A stretch of DNA of 64,000 bases from Entomortierella parvispora E1425 (lineage: Eukaryota; Fungi; Mortierellomycota), in assembly GCA_020891255.1 (NCBI GenBank), contig BQFW01000003.1, positions 124,001 through 188,000 on the forward strand, written 5' to 3'. Positions 26,079 through 38,533 of the stretch are shown here, in pieces. The position numbers and the translations under genes were made by a program. The notes under the pieces were generated by a model. The model was given only the letters and a program-made list of their open reading frames with translations. It did no database searches and was not told where the DNA came from. Positions within the stretch are counted from its first letter, which is position 1, and the number at the start of each line of letters is the position of its first letter.

Positions 26079-26574
26079 CGGACAAAATATACGAGCAAAA
26101 TGCTGATTTCTTTTACGGATTGGTATGCTCAGCAGAGCTTTCCTCCATATTGCACTTCGACCCTTCTGGATGAAGAGACTACAAATTGAATAAAAAATGT
26201 TCACGTTCATTGTCCCCCATCTTCTTTCGTTTAACTCGACACCCTGTTGGAATTTTGGGAGGTTGTCACAAAGATTCGCCCCTTCAGCGGATTTTTTTTT
26301 TTTTTTTTTTTGACAATCTTTCCACCTTGTCATCTACTATTGGTAGGGGTGGTGATGATGATGGCCAATTGTGAATACCTTGCTTCGACTTGCCGCAGGC
26401 GACGACGACTTTTTATGCTTGTTCATATCAATCTTTTTTAATTATTTTAGAAGAGCATAGACACGAAAGAGTGCAAAAAAAAAAAAAGTACAAAAAAAAA
26501 CCTCTGGGAAATGATAAAAAAAAAAAAAAGAATGCGCAAATGAACCATCTCAACTATCTTTTTTTTTTTGTTCT

Positions 26575-29471
26575 CTACCACAAATTGTACTTGGCATCAA
26601 TATCGCCCTCTGCTGGTGCATCCAGGTCCACATACGACTTGACCTTGCGAGGGTCCGTCATTTTGCTAATGGAGTGAGCGTGGCAATAGCGAAGGACGAT
26701 CAGTTCATAGGTTCAGTCCGGAATCATACAACAACAAAAAAAAAAAAAAAGGCCGCTGTGCGACTTTCTTACCTCCTGGGATCCAGCGCCATGCCGGGTG
26801 GGGGAGGAGGTTGTGTGAACGAAGGGGGCTTCGTGATCCTGGGTCCATTCTCATCCTTGGGTCCCCGGCCGAATCCAATTCGTGGAATCTGATCCAAGGG
26901 TGTTCCTGGCATGGCTCCCGTGGTTTGGAATGAGGGAGGGATGAATCCAGGTGTAAACATGGGCGGCGCACCGGGGTTCATGAACGGTGGCATACCCACG
27001 GGATGGCTTCCAGGCATAAAGCTAATAGGCATGGGGTTGCTGAACATTGGTCCTGGGCCTCCAAAGCCAAATCCATTCGAGATTGGTGGTGGCTGCTGCT
27101 GTGCCGCTGGATTGATGTGGTTGGGATCCAAGATGTAGTTGTTGAATAGGTGGAGCTATTGGAGGCAAGTAATTGAAGAGTCAGTGAGAATGTTTCTTAG
27201 GAGAGTAAGTCATCCCAAAGTGGTTGGCACAAGAACAGCAACTTCAAAAAAAAAAAAAAAAAAAAAAAAGTACCTTGTTTTCGACCTCCTTGACCTCATC
27301 GGGATGCTTTGTACGAATATGTTTGTGAACAAACTCCTCTCCTCGGAATGGCTTTGTGCAAATCTTGCAGCGCCACTTTGTAGTATCGTCTTGTTGAGTC
27401 TTTCCTTGAAGGAACTTGAGGACATTTCTAAAAAAAAAACAAAGTCAGGGTCAAAAGCAGGCTGTTAGGACAATCCGATCTACAAGGCAACGCCTGAACA
27501 ATCCTGCTGCTCCTTCATACCTCTCTATCGACTTTCCACCCAGCTTGACAATCTCATCATCTGTAGGTGCCTTGAGCCGCAAGTTGATCTTGTTCTCCAG
27601 ATTTTTGACCCACACAGGTCCCTTTGTAGAGTTCACGGGTGCCTTGGGCTCTGGGTTGCGGTAGTGTTTGCTGCACTTGCGGTGGAACTCTTCCACATTG
27701 TCACTGTCGCCGCCACAGTAGTAGCAGAACAAGTGTACCTGGCGCAAGTATTCAATGTACAAGTCCAGAGATTGACGCTATTACAAAGGAAGAAAAAAAG
27801 CAGCATACGTTCAATAACCATCACTTGTCTTGACAAAAAAAAAAAAAGGTTTCAAATGTCGCCAGAACGTACCACATCGGCAATCTTTGGCGCCGTCACC
27901 GATCCTTCTTCTTGGTCTCCCTCCTGAGATTCAGTTGTTGCCAAGATATGGTCCGCAAGTCTGGCCTCCAGCAAGGGCGTGCCATCCAGAGTCACCGGCT
28001 CTGGTTCTCCTACTACAAGCTTCTCAATCATAGCTTGGTCGCAGACCTTGACAAGGCTCTTGATCAACTCCAGATCGGCACGGAGTCTAGCTTCCGAGTT
28101 TGCAATCTCATGTGTGTAGCGAGGGCGAGTCGCTCTATGGGGAGAGGTTGAGGCCTGCCAATCCTTTGACTTTGACAGCACCTTCAAGGCATTATCTATG
28201 TCTGTTCCTTTCTCGAACTTGATCCAGCCAGTGCGCTCAAGGTCCTTCAGAGGGTGGGGTTCTGACAGGGACAGATCAAGGAATCCCTTGATTTTATAAC
28301 AGCGCTGCAATAAAAGTGAAGGGTACGACTTTCATGTTAGAAATCTTCACCACACCGCTGTCATGCAAGTCTCGCACACAAAAGCCTCATCATTGTAGAA
28401 TTACCTCGATAATGGACTCCCGAGAAACATCAGGGAGAATAGTTCTCAAGTATAACATTTCCCCGTCCTCGGTTGCCTCGGACAAAGTGATATCACCGTC
28501 TTCATCAGCCTGACCATTCTGATCTCCCTCAGTGCTGGCTTTTGTCTTGTTGTCGTTGGAAACGCCGTTGATCTTCTTGTCCCGCGCCTCGTCGCATGTT
28601 GTGGTGTCGTACTTTCCTGCAGCAAGATCCACGACAAACTTTTCAAAGAGGGATCTCCTCAAAGCGCGGGCATCCTTTTGTCTTTGGCGTGATTTCTCGG
28701 GATGGTACTTTTCCTGGAACCACGCCTCGTTCATGTGCTTTTCGTAAAAAGCCGCCAGTTGCTTGGCAGTGTATTCTTCTCTGTAGGTGCCGTAGCGGGT
28801 CTGAAGTTCCTCGTCCGAGTAGCGTTTGAAGCGATGGGATGCCCTGTCCATGTTCCTGACATGTTCACAGTACTGCTTGAAGGACATTAAATAGTCGAGT
28901 TTCATAGGATCTTCCACGGCGTCGTGATTGTTCCAGCCGGAAGGAGGCATGTCGCCACCATAGTCTGGACCATCCAGATCATAGTCATCACGGCGTCTGC
29001 CTCCACGGTAATCGCCATAGCCGCCGGGACCGTCGTACCGTCCACCATATCCTTCGGGACGGTACCTGGGTGCAGGGTTGTAACGATCGCGGTCATAGTT
29101 GGGAATATAACGATCACCAGGCTCTGAAGGATCACCACCGTCTTTGGAAGTTGATCTGTTTCTCTTTGGGCGCCTCTCTAACAAAGACATAAAGAAAAGG
29201 AAGGAAGGAGGATGGCAAAGGAAGAAGAAGAGGGGGGCGAGTGAGTCGGAGGCGAACCATGACGTGTCCAGCATTATCGACATCCTATGCTCCTGTTTCA
29301 AAGACCCTGTCTCGTACCACGGTCGTCAGGCGAGGCAGACACCTTTCTCCTCCTCTTGTCGCGACCAAAGTCATCCTTCTCTGGACTGCGTTCGCGTCTG
29401 AACTTGTCGCGGCCCCGAGAACCAGAGTCGTCGTCAGAGTAGTCTCCTCGGCCGTAGTAGTCCTTTGGCAT
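26575..29471 (-). CDS. SRRT: SERRATE/Ars2 RNA effector (cap-binding complex partner)
   Basis: RD/RS-rich N-terminus; LMSFKQYC..RYGTYREEY..FYEKHMNEAWFQEKYHP; RQSLDLYIEYLRQVHLFCYYC; C2H2 finger WRCKICTKPFRGEEFVHKHIRTKH; last exon DPRKVKSYVDLDAP with TAG at 26575. Confidence 0.93.
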
Positions 29472-29509
29472 CGTGATCACGCTTTAGTTGATGTACGAGT
29501 TGAAAGGTC

Positions 29510-29745
29510 CTGTTCAAATAAAATAAAAAAAAGGAAGGGTCAAAAAGGAGAAGAGTTGAGGGTTAGGGTATGGAGCAGGTTATGGAGGCGGGGTTTATTT
29601 CTGGAAGGTCAATCTCTGATGGAAATGGAAGAAGAACTCGGGTCTTTTGTTTCCATCATGGCCGTGATCGCCAGGGGGTGGTCGAGGGGGTTGTTTGGAG
29701 GGGAAAGGGGACAGCTGCGTGCCAACACCCGACGGCGCGTCTTAC
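29510..29745 (-). other. Probable 5'-UTR intron of SRRT
   Basis: GTAAGA donor at 29745 and TTTGAACAG acceptor at 29510, 38 nt upstream of the ATG. Confidence 0.45.
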
Positions 29746-29967
29746 ACACGAGTGGGTCCATTGAATGAGTCAGGGGGGGAGCGTGAGGATGGAATCAAAC
29801 ATCATGAGGTGGGTGAAGGGGTGAAGAACTCCAAAAAAGATGAAGGGAACTGGATGCATCTGGATGCCAGGGCATGGAATGAGATGGAGAGAAAATCAGA
29901 CGAGGGAGAATGCATCAGGGGAAGCAATAAGGGTACCCTTGGTGAGCGACAAGGGCAGTGAAGGAGA

Positions 29968-29974
<7 letters not shown>

Positions 29975-30011
<37 letters not shown>
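29975..30011. repeat. (GA)n microsatellite
   Basis: Near-perfect GA run; ATTGGG hexamer repeats follow at about 30060-30083. Confidence 0.9.
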
Positions 30012-30012
<1 letters not shown>

Positions 30013-30362
30013 CGACGACGAGCGGGACCTTACCCCTGTGGGCGCTGGGATCGAAAGGGATGGGATTGGGATTGGGATTGGGATGGATGCAAAGTGATGC
30101 CAATGAGGGGGACCCTTTTGAGTGGTGTGCGGTGTGCAGTGTGCGGTGTGCGGTGTGCGGTTGGTGTGCTGACTGTCTGTCTGTCTGTGTCAGAGGTATG
30201 TGGCGCGCTGGGTCTGATCCGGCTGTGCGTGCGATGCTGCGGGTACCGTGACGTAGATCTCGTTTTATTTATTCGTTTTATTTTATTCTTGTTTATTCAG
30301 AATAGTTTAGTAGCGATGATCCAATGAAAGATGCTCTTCTCCGAGATAGAGAGTACCGCCAT

Positions 30363-30806
30363 TTACTTCTTCTCTTCGAGTTTGAAGGGTGCAGAGTCGT
30401 CGTAGCCGGGCTGGGAACCCTCAAAGTGGGCACGGATGCGGAAGGGCACGTTTTGCTGCTTCTCGATCAAGAACTTCTTGTCAACCTTGAACTTGAAGCC
30501 GTCCTTGGCCAACTTCTCGGCAGAGATCGATCCAAGACTGTCGTTCAGCTCGGGCAGAGGGATGGCCTTCTGGATCAAAAATTCAATGTCGGTGTTCTCC
30601 TTGAGAAGCACGTTCTTGGAACCACCGACGAACGTCACCTTGACCTCGACCTCGTCACCGACATAGTAGACTGAGTTCTGGTTGGGCGAAGTGATCTTCA
30701 ACAGAGGCGACTCTGGGGGTGGGGGGCTGGCCAGGGTCAACAGTCCACAGCTGGACAAGGCGCAAAAGGCGAGGATAAGAACGGTGATGAATGAGCGGGC
30801 GTGCAT
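30363..30806 (-). CDS. Secreted 147-aa protein, probable Kre9/KNH-like Ig-fold (Ser/Thr-rich GPI family N-domain-like)
   Basis: ATG 30806 in AAGCCATGC context; signal peptide MHARSFITVLILAFCALSSCGLLTLA; LKITSPNQNSVYYVGDEVEVKV...DSAPFKL pattern; strong C/G third-position bias; intronless. Confidence 0.8.
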   Translation of the reverse strand: MHARSFITVLILAFCALSSCGLLTLASPPPPESPLLKITSPNQNSVYYVGDEVEVKVTFVGGSKNVLLKENTDIEFLIQKAIPLPELNDSLGSISAEKLAKDGFKFKVDKKFLIEKQQNVPFRIRAHFEGSQPGYDDSAPFKLEEKK

Positions 30807-31578
30807 GGCTTGAAGCAGTATGTTGAACTTGGTGAGGAGTGATGAAGAATATATAAAAAAAGATGAAAGGAAGCGAAACCGCAGTTCCCTTTTATGAGCG
30901 TTCGCAGTTGACGCCTTTTTCAACTGTGCAGCGTCATTGAGCCAAAGAATGGTCTCGGCTTACCTGTTGATCATGGTCCTCCCTTTTCTCTTGTGCTCGC
31001 CTGTTCATGCACCCCACATCCTTCATTTTTAGTGGCGACCCAGGCCAGGAAAAGGCGGCGTGTATTTCTCCAGGTAAAAAAGTCTTGTAACATACATGAT
31101 CCCTTCTTTGGCTTTTGATCCCTCATCACTACTTCATGGCGGTGCCCTTCTTCTTTTGCTTTGGTGCATCTAAAATTAGTAGGCGCCGCTGTGTTCCAGT
31201 GGACGTGGTCAAAATAATGTTCTGAGAGGGTACCCACCCCTTCCGATTTTACTCACGTCTGCGCCAAGATCTTATTTGGAGAATGGTGGCACATGCCACA
31301 AAAATCCATACATGCGTACATGTACTTGCCCCCACATTGGTTGTTTCTGTTAGAGTCGACTGATTCCGCAACTTTTACCCCAGATGAGGTTTTCACTTCT
31401 AGGGGAGGGAGGGCCTTTACCATCTGTTACCATCTGACAACAAAACGCCAAAAATGATGTTTTCTGAACGCGTCTCGATTGTATTTTTGTCTTTTTTTTT
31501 TTTTTGTTGCACACGCGAAGGTCCCAACGTCAAGATATAAATAGATGCTGCATTTTCGGGGCAAACAACATTGGCCAT

Positions 31579-33596
31579 CTAATGATGTTGTTGTTGCAGT
31601 TGTTGTTGCAGTTGTTGTTGCTGCTGCTGCTGATGTTCTCGAGCTTTCCAGGCCGATCTGATTGAATCGGATGCATGTAAAAGCTAAACAAGGAAAAGAA
31701 GGAACGGATATCCTAACGGGTCAGCGCCATAGCCACATTAAAAAACAGGCCGCTGGAGTGCACATGGAATACAAGTTGCTGTGTTTACCTCGTCTCTTTC
31801 GACACCGTCCCGAATGCTCTCAACCACTTTTCGCACAACGGAAGAGTGGTTGCCATGTTCTTTGTCGTCTCTAAATCTGAAGAATCGCCAGCCATTCTCT
31901 TCTGGAGAATAGTTCACTTCCACAATCCGCTGTTCTAAAGGAGTCTGTGTGGACTTCCATCTGTGATCATACGAGTTACATGGTCAGTCAGAGATGGGAC
32001 CGCCAGGTTCAGGTGCGGAACAAACTGTAAAAAGCAACTCGATCACTTACTGCTGCCAGAGTTCATCATCCACTATCATCTCAGCAAAGTGGCTATATTG
32101 TTGTCCACCTTGCCACTCGGCCAAAAGGAATCGTGGCTTTTGGGAGTAGTCTTGGAACTGGAGCGTCAGTTTAAAGTCGACAGTGTTTTCGCTTGGTGGC
32201 TTCCACTTCAACCTGTATCCGCAGAGAAAAAAAAGAGCAGAGGATGTCGTTTAGATATTATCCTCAAGCTCCTGCAATTGATACCACAGACCTGATTGAG
32301 TCCCTACATTTTGGGGTTCGTTGAAAGGACGTATGGCGCCACAGAGGAGGTAAAGATAAGGCCATCGCTTCCATGCTTCAGTGATGGCACGACCAGGTCA
32401 AACATTCTCTGCAGTCCATACGAGAGCTCCATGTCCTTGACTGACACCCTATTTCATTGACAGCAGAGAATAATACCAATATATCAGAAGGCTGAGTACT
32501 ATCCAGAGTTCATGGCGTCATTCACTGGTAATCCACTTACTGGAATGGTTGGGACTGAACAAATTGCGGCTGGGCAGTTTTGATCAGACGCTTGTATGGC
32601 TCAACGAATTCGCTTCTCAAACGCTGGAGTCAAGAGGGAAACAAAAGTTATTAGTACGGGACTGGAGTATGGACAAGCCAGTTCTGTCCTACGATGCACA
32701 TACTCCCAGGCGACTCGTGAGGGGCTTTGCAATCAGGTTCGTGCCATGGCAGGCCATCATATCAAACGCCAAGAATCTCACGACCTGTTGACCATTTGGC
32801 TCAATGTCGGTGACAAGCTCACCATCCACAATTGTGTCGTTGTGAAATGTTCTCATGTCTGGAAGGGTGAATCGCAACTGCGGTACATAGCTGAACTTGT
32901 TCTTCCTGTCAATCTACAATAGAATTGTCAAACATTCGTCAGTTCACTTTTCAGATTAGGACGCAAACAATCAGTCATGAGCGCGCGTCCGTACCAGGAA
33001 AACTTGCTGATCACCATTCGCGTGCAGCACGCAATACAGAAGGACGCGAACGCCATCCGATTTTTCAGCCATGAAGTAGCTAGAGGGTAGATAGGGAGCG
33101 ATTAATTGAAAAAAAATATCAGTCAGTTTAAATGAAAGTCCGGACCAAGCTCATTCCGGACCCAACCATGACCATAGCCGGCACAAACTCGCGGCTATCC
33201 CTCGTGTTTATGAGTCAGCATCCATGCACTTACTTCTCAGAACGAAGCTCGTCGATACTAGCGCGACTGAAGCTGATCGGTTGCGCTCCTGTCGATGACA
33301 TTTGATATCCAGAATTAATAAACTACGTTCGTCGTCAAGAACTCCTGACATTCTCACATTCATCACTTCAAAAGCACATGGGCTCGAGAAACATACCAAT
33401 GAACCTAATAGGATGAGGAATGCACTGATTAATGTCCATTTTCTCTCCAAAACGCATTGTTTGTCCTGCATTCAACGAGGCCGTACCTGTTGCCCTGAAT
33501 TCCAACGACGTTACATATCCTCTGCTGCAGCATTTGCTCCATCGACCGCTCAAGAGGATGTCCGGGAATATTGGGAATGATGGAATCGGCCGGCAT
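31579..33596 (-). CDS. CEG1: mRNA capping enzyme, guanylyltransferase subunit (fungal type, no fused triphosphatase)
   Basis: MPADSIIPNIPG...RFIGAQPISF (via an 8-nt microexon); motif I YFMAEKSDGVR; DTIVDGELV; HGSDGLIFT; LKWKPPSENTVDFKL; WRFFRFRDDKEHGNH; polyQ C-terminus, stop at 31579. Confidence 0.93.
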
Positions 33597-34042
33597 GGTG
33601 AATTAAAGGATAGTTGTAACAACAGTGGAACCGACAATGATGAGCAACAGAGGGAGGGCAAGCAGCTGGAGAACAAATGATGGAATGGAAAAAAAAGACG
33701 GAGAGACTATGTAGGCTAAGCTCAGAGGGCGTGAGAGGGCTCAGCCACCAATTGACATGCTGCAGTTCTGTCTGATTTTCATCTGCCGTGTCCGGGACGT
33801 TCTTGTCAGCCTGCAAACCCCCTGCATCCTGCTGTTGGGCCTATATGTACATCCCTCAGCACCTGGCCTTCGGAACGAATGGTCGTAGAGATGGATATCT
33901 GAACACCTGCCCGACGTACATATCGGGGATGCTGTTTTATTCGTAGGATGAAAAATATTGTACAAAAAAAATTCAAGACGGGTGTCGATGCAATGTGTAT
34001 TGGTGTTCCTCTGCAATGCTGCTTCCTAGTTCCATGCATTAT

Positions 34043-34623
34043 TTAAGCTATAAACAAAACGCAAAGGGGCAACCTATGTTAGTTCTGCTTCCCAAGTTTG
34101 GAGGGTTGACATAGTCTGCGAGAAAAATATCCAGGGGTATTACTTACCAGAGGGGGCGCCGAGCGTCGTTCCACGGCCGGATGGGACAGCCTTGACAACA
34201 ACAGGCTCCTCCTTCTGAATGGGGGCCTCTACAATGTGCAAAGAGAGAGAAAAAAAAGTCGATGGTTGGAGTTAGACTTGCTGGCCAGAGGTTTTGTTGG
34301 AAATATGAAAATTCCGAGGGGACGCTGATCCTTCAATTAAAGTCAGGCTTGAGCGCTTCGACGCTCCACATTGTTTCCAAGTTATTACCCTTCATGGTAG
34401 CCTCACGAACGCCACCGGCCTTGATGAGAGCAGAGTCCAACATGTGCTTCAAGTTCTTTCCCTTCTGCTGGGCCTTCTTTTTGGAGATACGGCGAACATG
34501 CTGAATGCTGGTGGAGACGACAGACTTGTACGACGTTGAGTTGGACTTCAAAGCCTGCTTTCTGACACGTCCGAGCTTCTGCAAGTTGAACTTTGGGCGC
34601 TGGATGTTGTTACGGGTGACCAT
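34043..34623 (-). CDS. ALB1: 60S ribosome biogenesis factor ALB1-like
   Basis: Three exons. N-terminus MVTRNNIQRPK, internal RRISKKKAQQKGKNLKH and C-terminal GRGTTLGAP resemble yeast Alb1 (MPSKNSINRPK...GQGTTLGGP, from memory). Confidence 0.8.
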
Positions 34624-34727
34624 GGCGAATGTGTGGTGTGGTGTTGATGAGAGAGATGGTTGAATGCATGAACAAGAAAAAAAAGAAAAAAAAGCAACAA
34701 CACAAAAAATGGCCGTCACATAAACGA

Positions 34728-34735
34728 TCACGTGA
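34728..34735. promoter_or_regulatory. TCACGTGA E-box upstream of ALB1 (divergent ALB1/VTC region)
   Basis: Palindromic TCACGTGA 105 nt upstream of the ALB1 ATG. Confidence 0.45.
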
Positions 34736-35730
34736 AAGAAGATGTCAATCGCACATGCAATATACGCCCTGCAAAAATGTCAAATTGTAACATTTTTCAC
34801 AACGAAGAGAGGGTCCGAAGTCTGCTCTCTGGCGGGCGGCGGGAGTGAAAAAGGAAAGGTGAAAGGAGCGTGAATGGTGGGTGTTGTCCAGCTGCTGCCG
34901 GCAGCATACTCAGCTAGCAGAAGGACAGCAACCTGCTGGGTGCGGCAGTTGATCACCGTGCATTTTATCGCTTTGGGACAGTTCACAGTGCGTGAATAAA
35001 GTTCGGGTCTGTCTGAGCACGTTTGCCCAAGGGCGAAGACGAGTGGATGTGGATTTGTGCGGTCCTACAGCTGCTGGATCACTTTTCTGCTCAGAGCCGA
35101 GAGAGGAAGCAGATCCTCACAGCTGGCTTGCAATTTGAGTCTGCCATTTTGCAGCGGGGTAGGGGTGGAGATCGAAAATGGGATTGATTCGCTTTGAGCG
35201 AGATCGCTGGCCGCACATGCGCCTGGTTCTTACGCTGTCTGGGGCAGAGGGCTCTGGAGGTCCGCTGGATAAGCGTCTACAGGCCGGGGAGTGAAAATGC
35301 ATCCGACAGGCGCCTGCTGGGAGAGATGCGGATAAGAACAGAAGCATTGTCGTTGCTGTCGATAGTGAATGGCAGGAACGCTGGTCATCGGGTGAGATGG
35401 TGTAGAGCGAGTGAGTGAGTGAGTGAGTGAAAGAGAGCTGGCTCCTACTGCGAATGGCAAGAGGGAACCAAAACTGAACGTTGATCAGGGCAAAGAGATG
35501 ACTATCGCGACCATGGTTCGGTCGCGGAGAAGAGAGAGAAAATAACAAAAGAAGCGCAGAAACACGATCCGTTCGATTTTCGCTTCTTTTTTCTTCGTTC
35601 TTCTCTCTTCTCTCTCCTCTCCCACCCTCCATCCCCATCCTCCTTCCTCCCGTCACCCGCCCATTACCCCCAAGGAGAACACCCTGTCACCCTCTCCCAA
35701 CTCTCTGCATCCCCACACACTCTATACACC

Positions 35731-38367
35731 ATGAAGTTTGGTGACAATCTTGAGGATTCCATCAATCCCGAATGGAAAGACAATTACGTGCAGTATAACG
35801 CTTTGAAGAAGCAGCTGGAAGAGGGACTCAACAAGTCTGCAGGATGGACTGAGCGCGATGAAGGCATCTTTGGCCAGACCTTGGACAGCGACCTTACCAA
35901 GGTGAGGACAAAGTGCAATTGAATGGCGGACATGCGTTAATGCGTCCTCAGCGATGCAGCCGCGAACCTGCTCTCCTTTTTTTTTCTAACTGCCGGATAC
36001 TCTTCTCTCTTGCTACCTGTCCTGCAAATTCCCAGGTCTTCAACTTTGTCAACTCAAAGTTCGAAGAGCTCCAGGAGCGCACAACAAAAGCCGAATTGAA
36101 GGTCGCCACTTTCCACGAGAGCTACAACCAAAAGGCGCTCGAGACGTTGACTTCGACCATTTCTGGGATCACGGATGATGTCAACCAGCTCTCAAAGTAC
36201 TGCAGAACCAACTATGCTGGTTTCCTCAAGATCGTCAAGAAGCACGACGTAAGTGGAATACAAAGCATAACGAACGAAGGATAACTCCGTGATGAGGATC
36301 AATTGAGGAAAGGAAAATCGATTATCTGACTCGGTGTCCACTGAATCTACTCCACAGAAAAACGTGCCCTACAAGCTCAGACCTGTGTTCATGGTCCAGC
36401 TCAAGTCGCGGGCGTTCTACAACGTCAACTTTGACTCGCTTGTCGTGCGTCTTTCCAAGCTCTACCATTCGCTCGGAGGCGAGTCCCTCCCCTTCGGCAC
36501 CCCCATCACCCCCTCAACCTTCACTGGCATGTCGAACCAGGCTGGACTCGACCGCAAATCGTTCAAGTTTTGGGTTCACCCTGATAACGTCATGGAGGTC
36601 AAGACCACTGTGTTGAAGCATCTGCCTGTCATCCTCTATACCCCTCGCGGACCCAACCATGGCGAGTCCCTGGATCCTTCGCTTTCTTCCGTTTACCTCG
36701 ATGATTCTTCATTCGACCTCTACAACAACAAGCTGGAGCGCAAGGAGGGCGCCCAGGCCATCAGACTCCGCTGGTATGGCAACCCCTCCAACAACGAAAT
36801 TCATGTGGAGCGCAAGATTCACCATGAGGTCAACAAGTTTGGAGAGTACCACGATCGATTCTCTATCAAGGAAAAGTATGTGGACGCATTTTTGAAGGGA
36901 GAGTACACCATGGAGCGCCAGGTCGCAAAGTTGCGCGAGCAAGGAGTCAAGTCATCAGCTGAAATTGACAAGTTTGAGGAGATGGTCAAGGATGTGCAAA
37001 ACTGCATCGTTCAGATGAAGCTCAAGCCAGGTATTTTGGAGCAGCCTCACCACTTTTTTCATGTTTGCCTGTTTCAAAAGAAACGATTATCTCATCATTA
37101 TTTTTGATCCCTTTCCTAGTGTTGAGAACCGTATACAACAGAACCGCTTTCCAAATTCCCGGAGACAAGAGGGTTAGGCTCTCAATGGATACAGACTTGT
37201 GCATGATCCGTGAAGATAACTTTGATGGCGTCTCTCGTTCTGGAAACCATTGGCGCCGCATGGACATTGACTATCCCATGGAAAGCAAGACTGCGTACGA
37301 ACACGACATGACGCGGTTCAACTATGCCATTCTTGAAGTCAAGCTGGAGTTGCCTGAAGGAAAGGCTACACCAGCCTGGGTGACTGAGCTGATGAACAGT
37401 CATTTGGTCGAGTCAGCCGAGACATTCTCAAAGTACGTGCACGGTGTTGCCGTCCTCCTGGAAAGCCACGTCGCACTTTTGCCTTTCTGGCTGGCTCAGC
37501 TCGAAAAGGAGACTGCCCGTCCTGCAGACTCGATGCGCGGTCAGTTGTCTGCCGATACTCCCTCTATCAGCAGGGCCGGATCAACAGCCGAAGTGCATAG
37601 CATCAACAGCCGGAGATCCTCTGTCGCATCAGGACCAGAGTCTGACAATGGCTCCAACGGAAAGGGCAAAGGAAAACAAAGAGGCATGGATATTGTTGTC
37701 GACTCTCAGTATGGCGCCAGCAATGCAAACTCAAGACCCAGCCTTTCGAGAACAAGCAGCAGACGTTCCTTTACATTCAAGGGTCTCGCTGGTGCATTTA
37801 GACGTTCTGGCATGAACAAGGATTCTCGCGAGACAAGCCCTCTTCTTGGACCTAGCCACGGCGATCCCGACTCTGTGCCTCAAATTCGCATCATTCCTCC
37901 AAAGCCCAAGAAGGTTGTTGGTGTGTTGAAGGTGGAGGCCAAGGTCTTCTTTGCCAACGAGCGTACATTCCTCAAGTGGATGAACTTTGCAGTACTCCTC
38001 GGCACACTCGGAGTTGGTCTTTTCAACGCTGGCGACAACATTGGACGATTTGCAGGCATTCTTCTTGCCTTGACTGCATTGCTTACCTTGGTCTATGCGA
38101 TCTGGCTTTACGAGAGGCGTCTCACCATGTTGCGCAACAAGGATCCCGGCCCATACGGTAAGCAATTGTTTTCTGTTTGTTATTGTCGCCTTCCATACCA
38201 GGGGAGATTGATATCTATTACATTACTGGTGGAACTCACACATTGCATTCCTTCTTTTTCTATCGATTTTAGACGAGCCTGTGATGCCCACACTCATGTG
38301 TGTGTGCTTGTTGACCGCAATCTCTCTCAACTTTTACCTCAAATCCAATGTCAAGTCCAAGCCCTGA
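35731..38367 (+). CDS. Vacuolar transporter chaperone subunit (SPX, VTC polyphosphate-polymerase domain, DUF202 TM helices); Vtc2/3-like or Vtc4
   Basis: SPX start MKFG..EWKDNYVQYNALKK; RKSFKFWVHPDN; IRLRWYG; YNRTAFQIPGD; ILEVKL; FSKYVHG; KVEAKVFFANERTFLKWMNF followed by TM helices. Five exons, stop at 38367. Confidence 0.93.
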
Positions 38368-38533
38368 AGGGTTGGACTAGTCCATATTTTTATTCCACAT
38401 TTCAAATAAATCACGTGCTTTTCCTGATTACTCACGGTAGCTTTTGCTATTCTGACAAACGCTAATCCGACTTCCCACCGTCTTGAAAAGGATATCTCGA
38501 CGCGTCCACGGTGGGTGGTCAATGCCACTTCGC

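Noticed and set aside
26769-26771. Apparent SERRATE stop in the ORF track
   Set aside because: It lies in a GTAAGA donor; the conserved DPRKVKSYVDLD exon follows and ends at 26575.
31385-31396. 12-mer TGAGGTTTTCAC shared with about 53574
   Set aside because: Matches of this length are expected by chance in 64 kb and do not extend.
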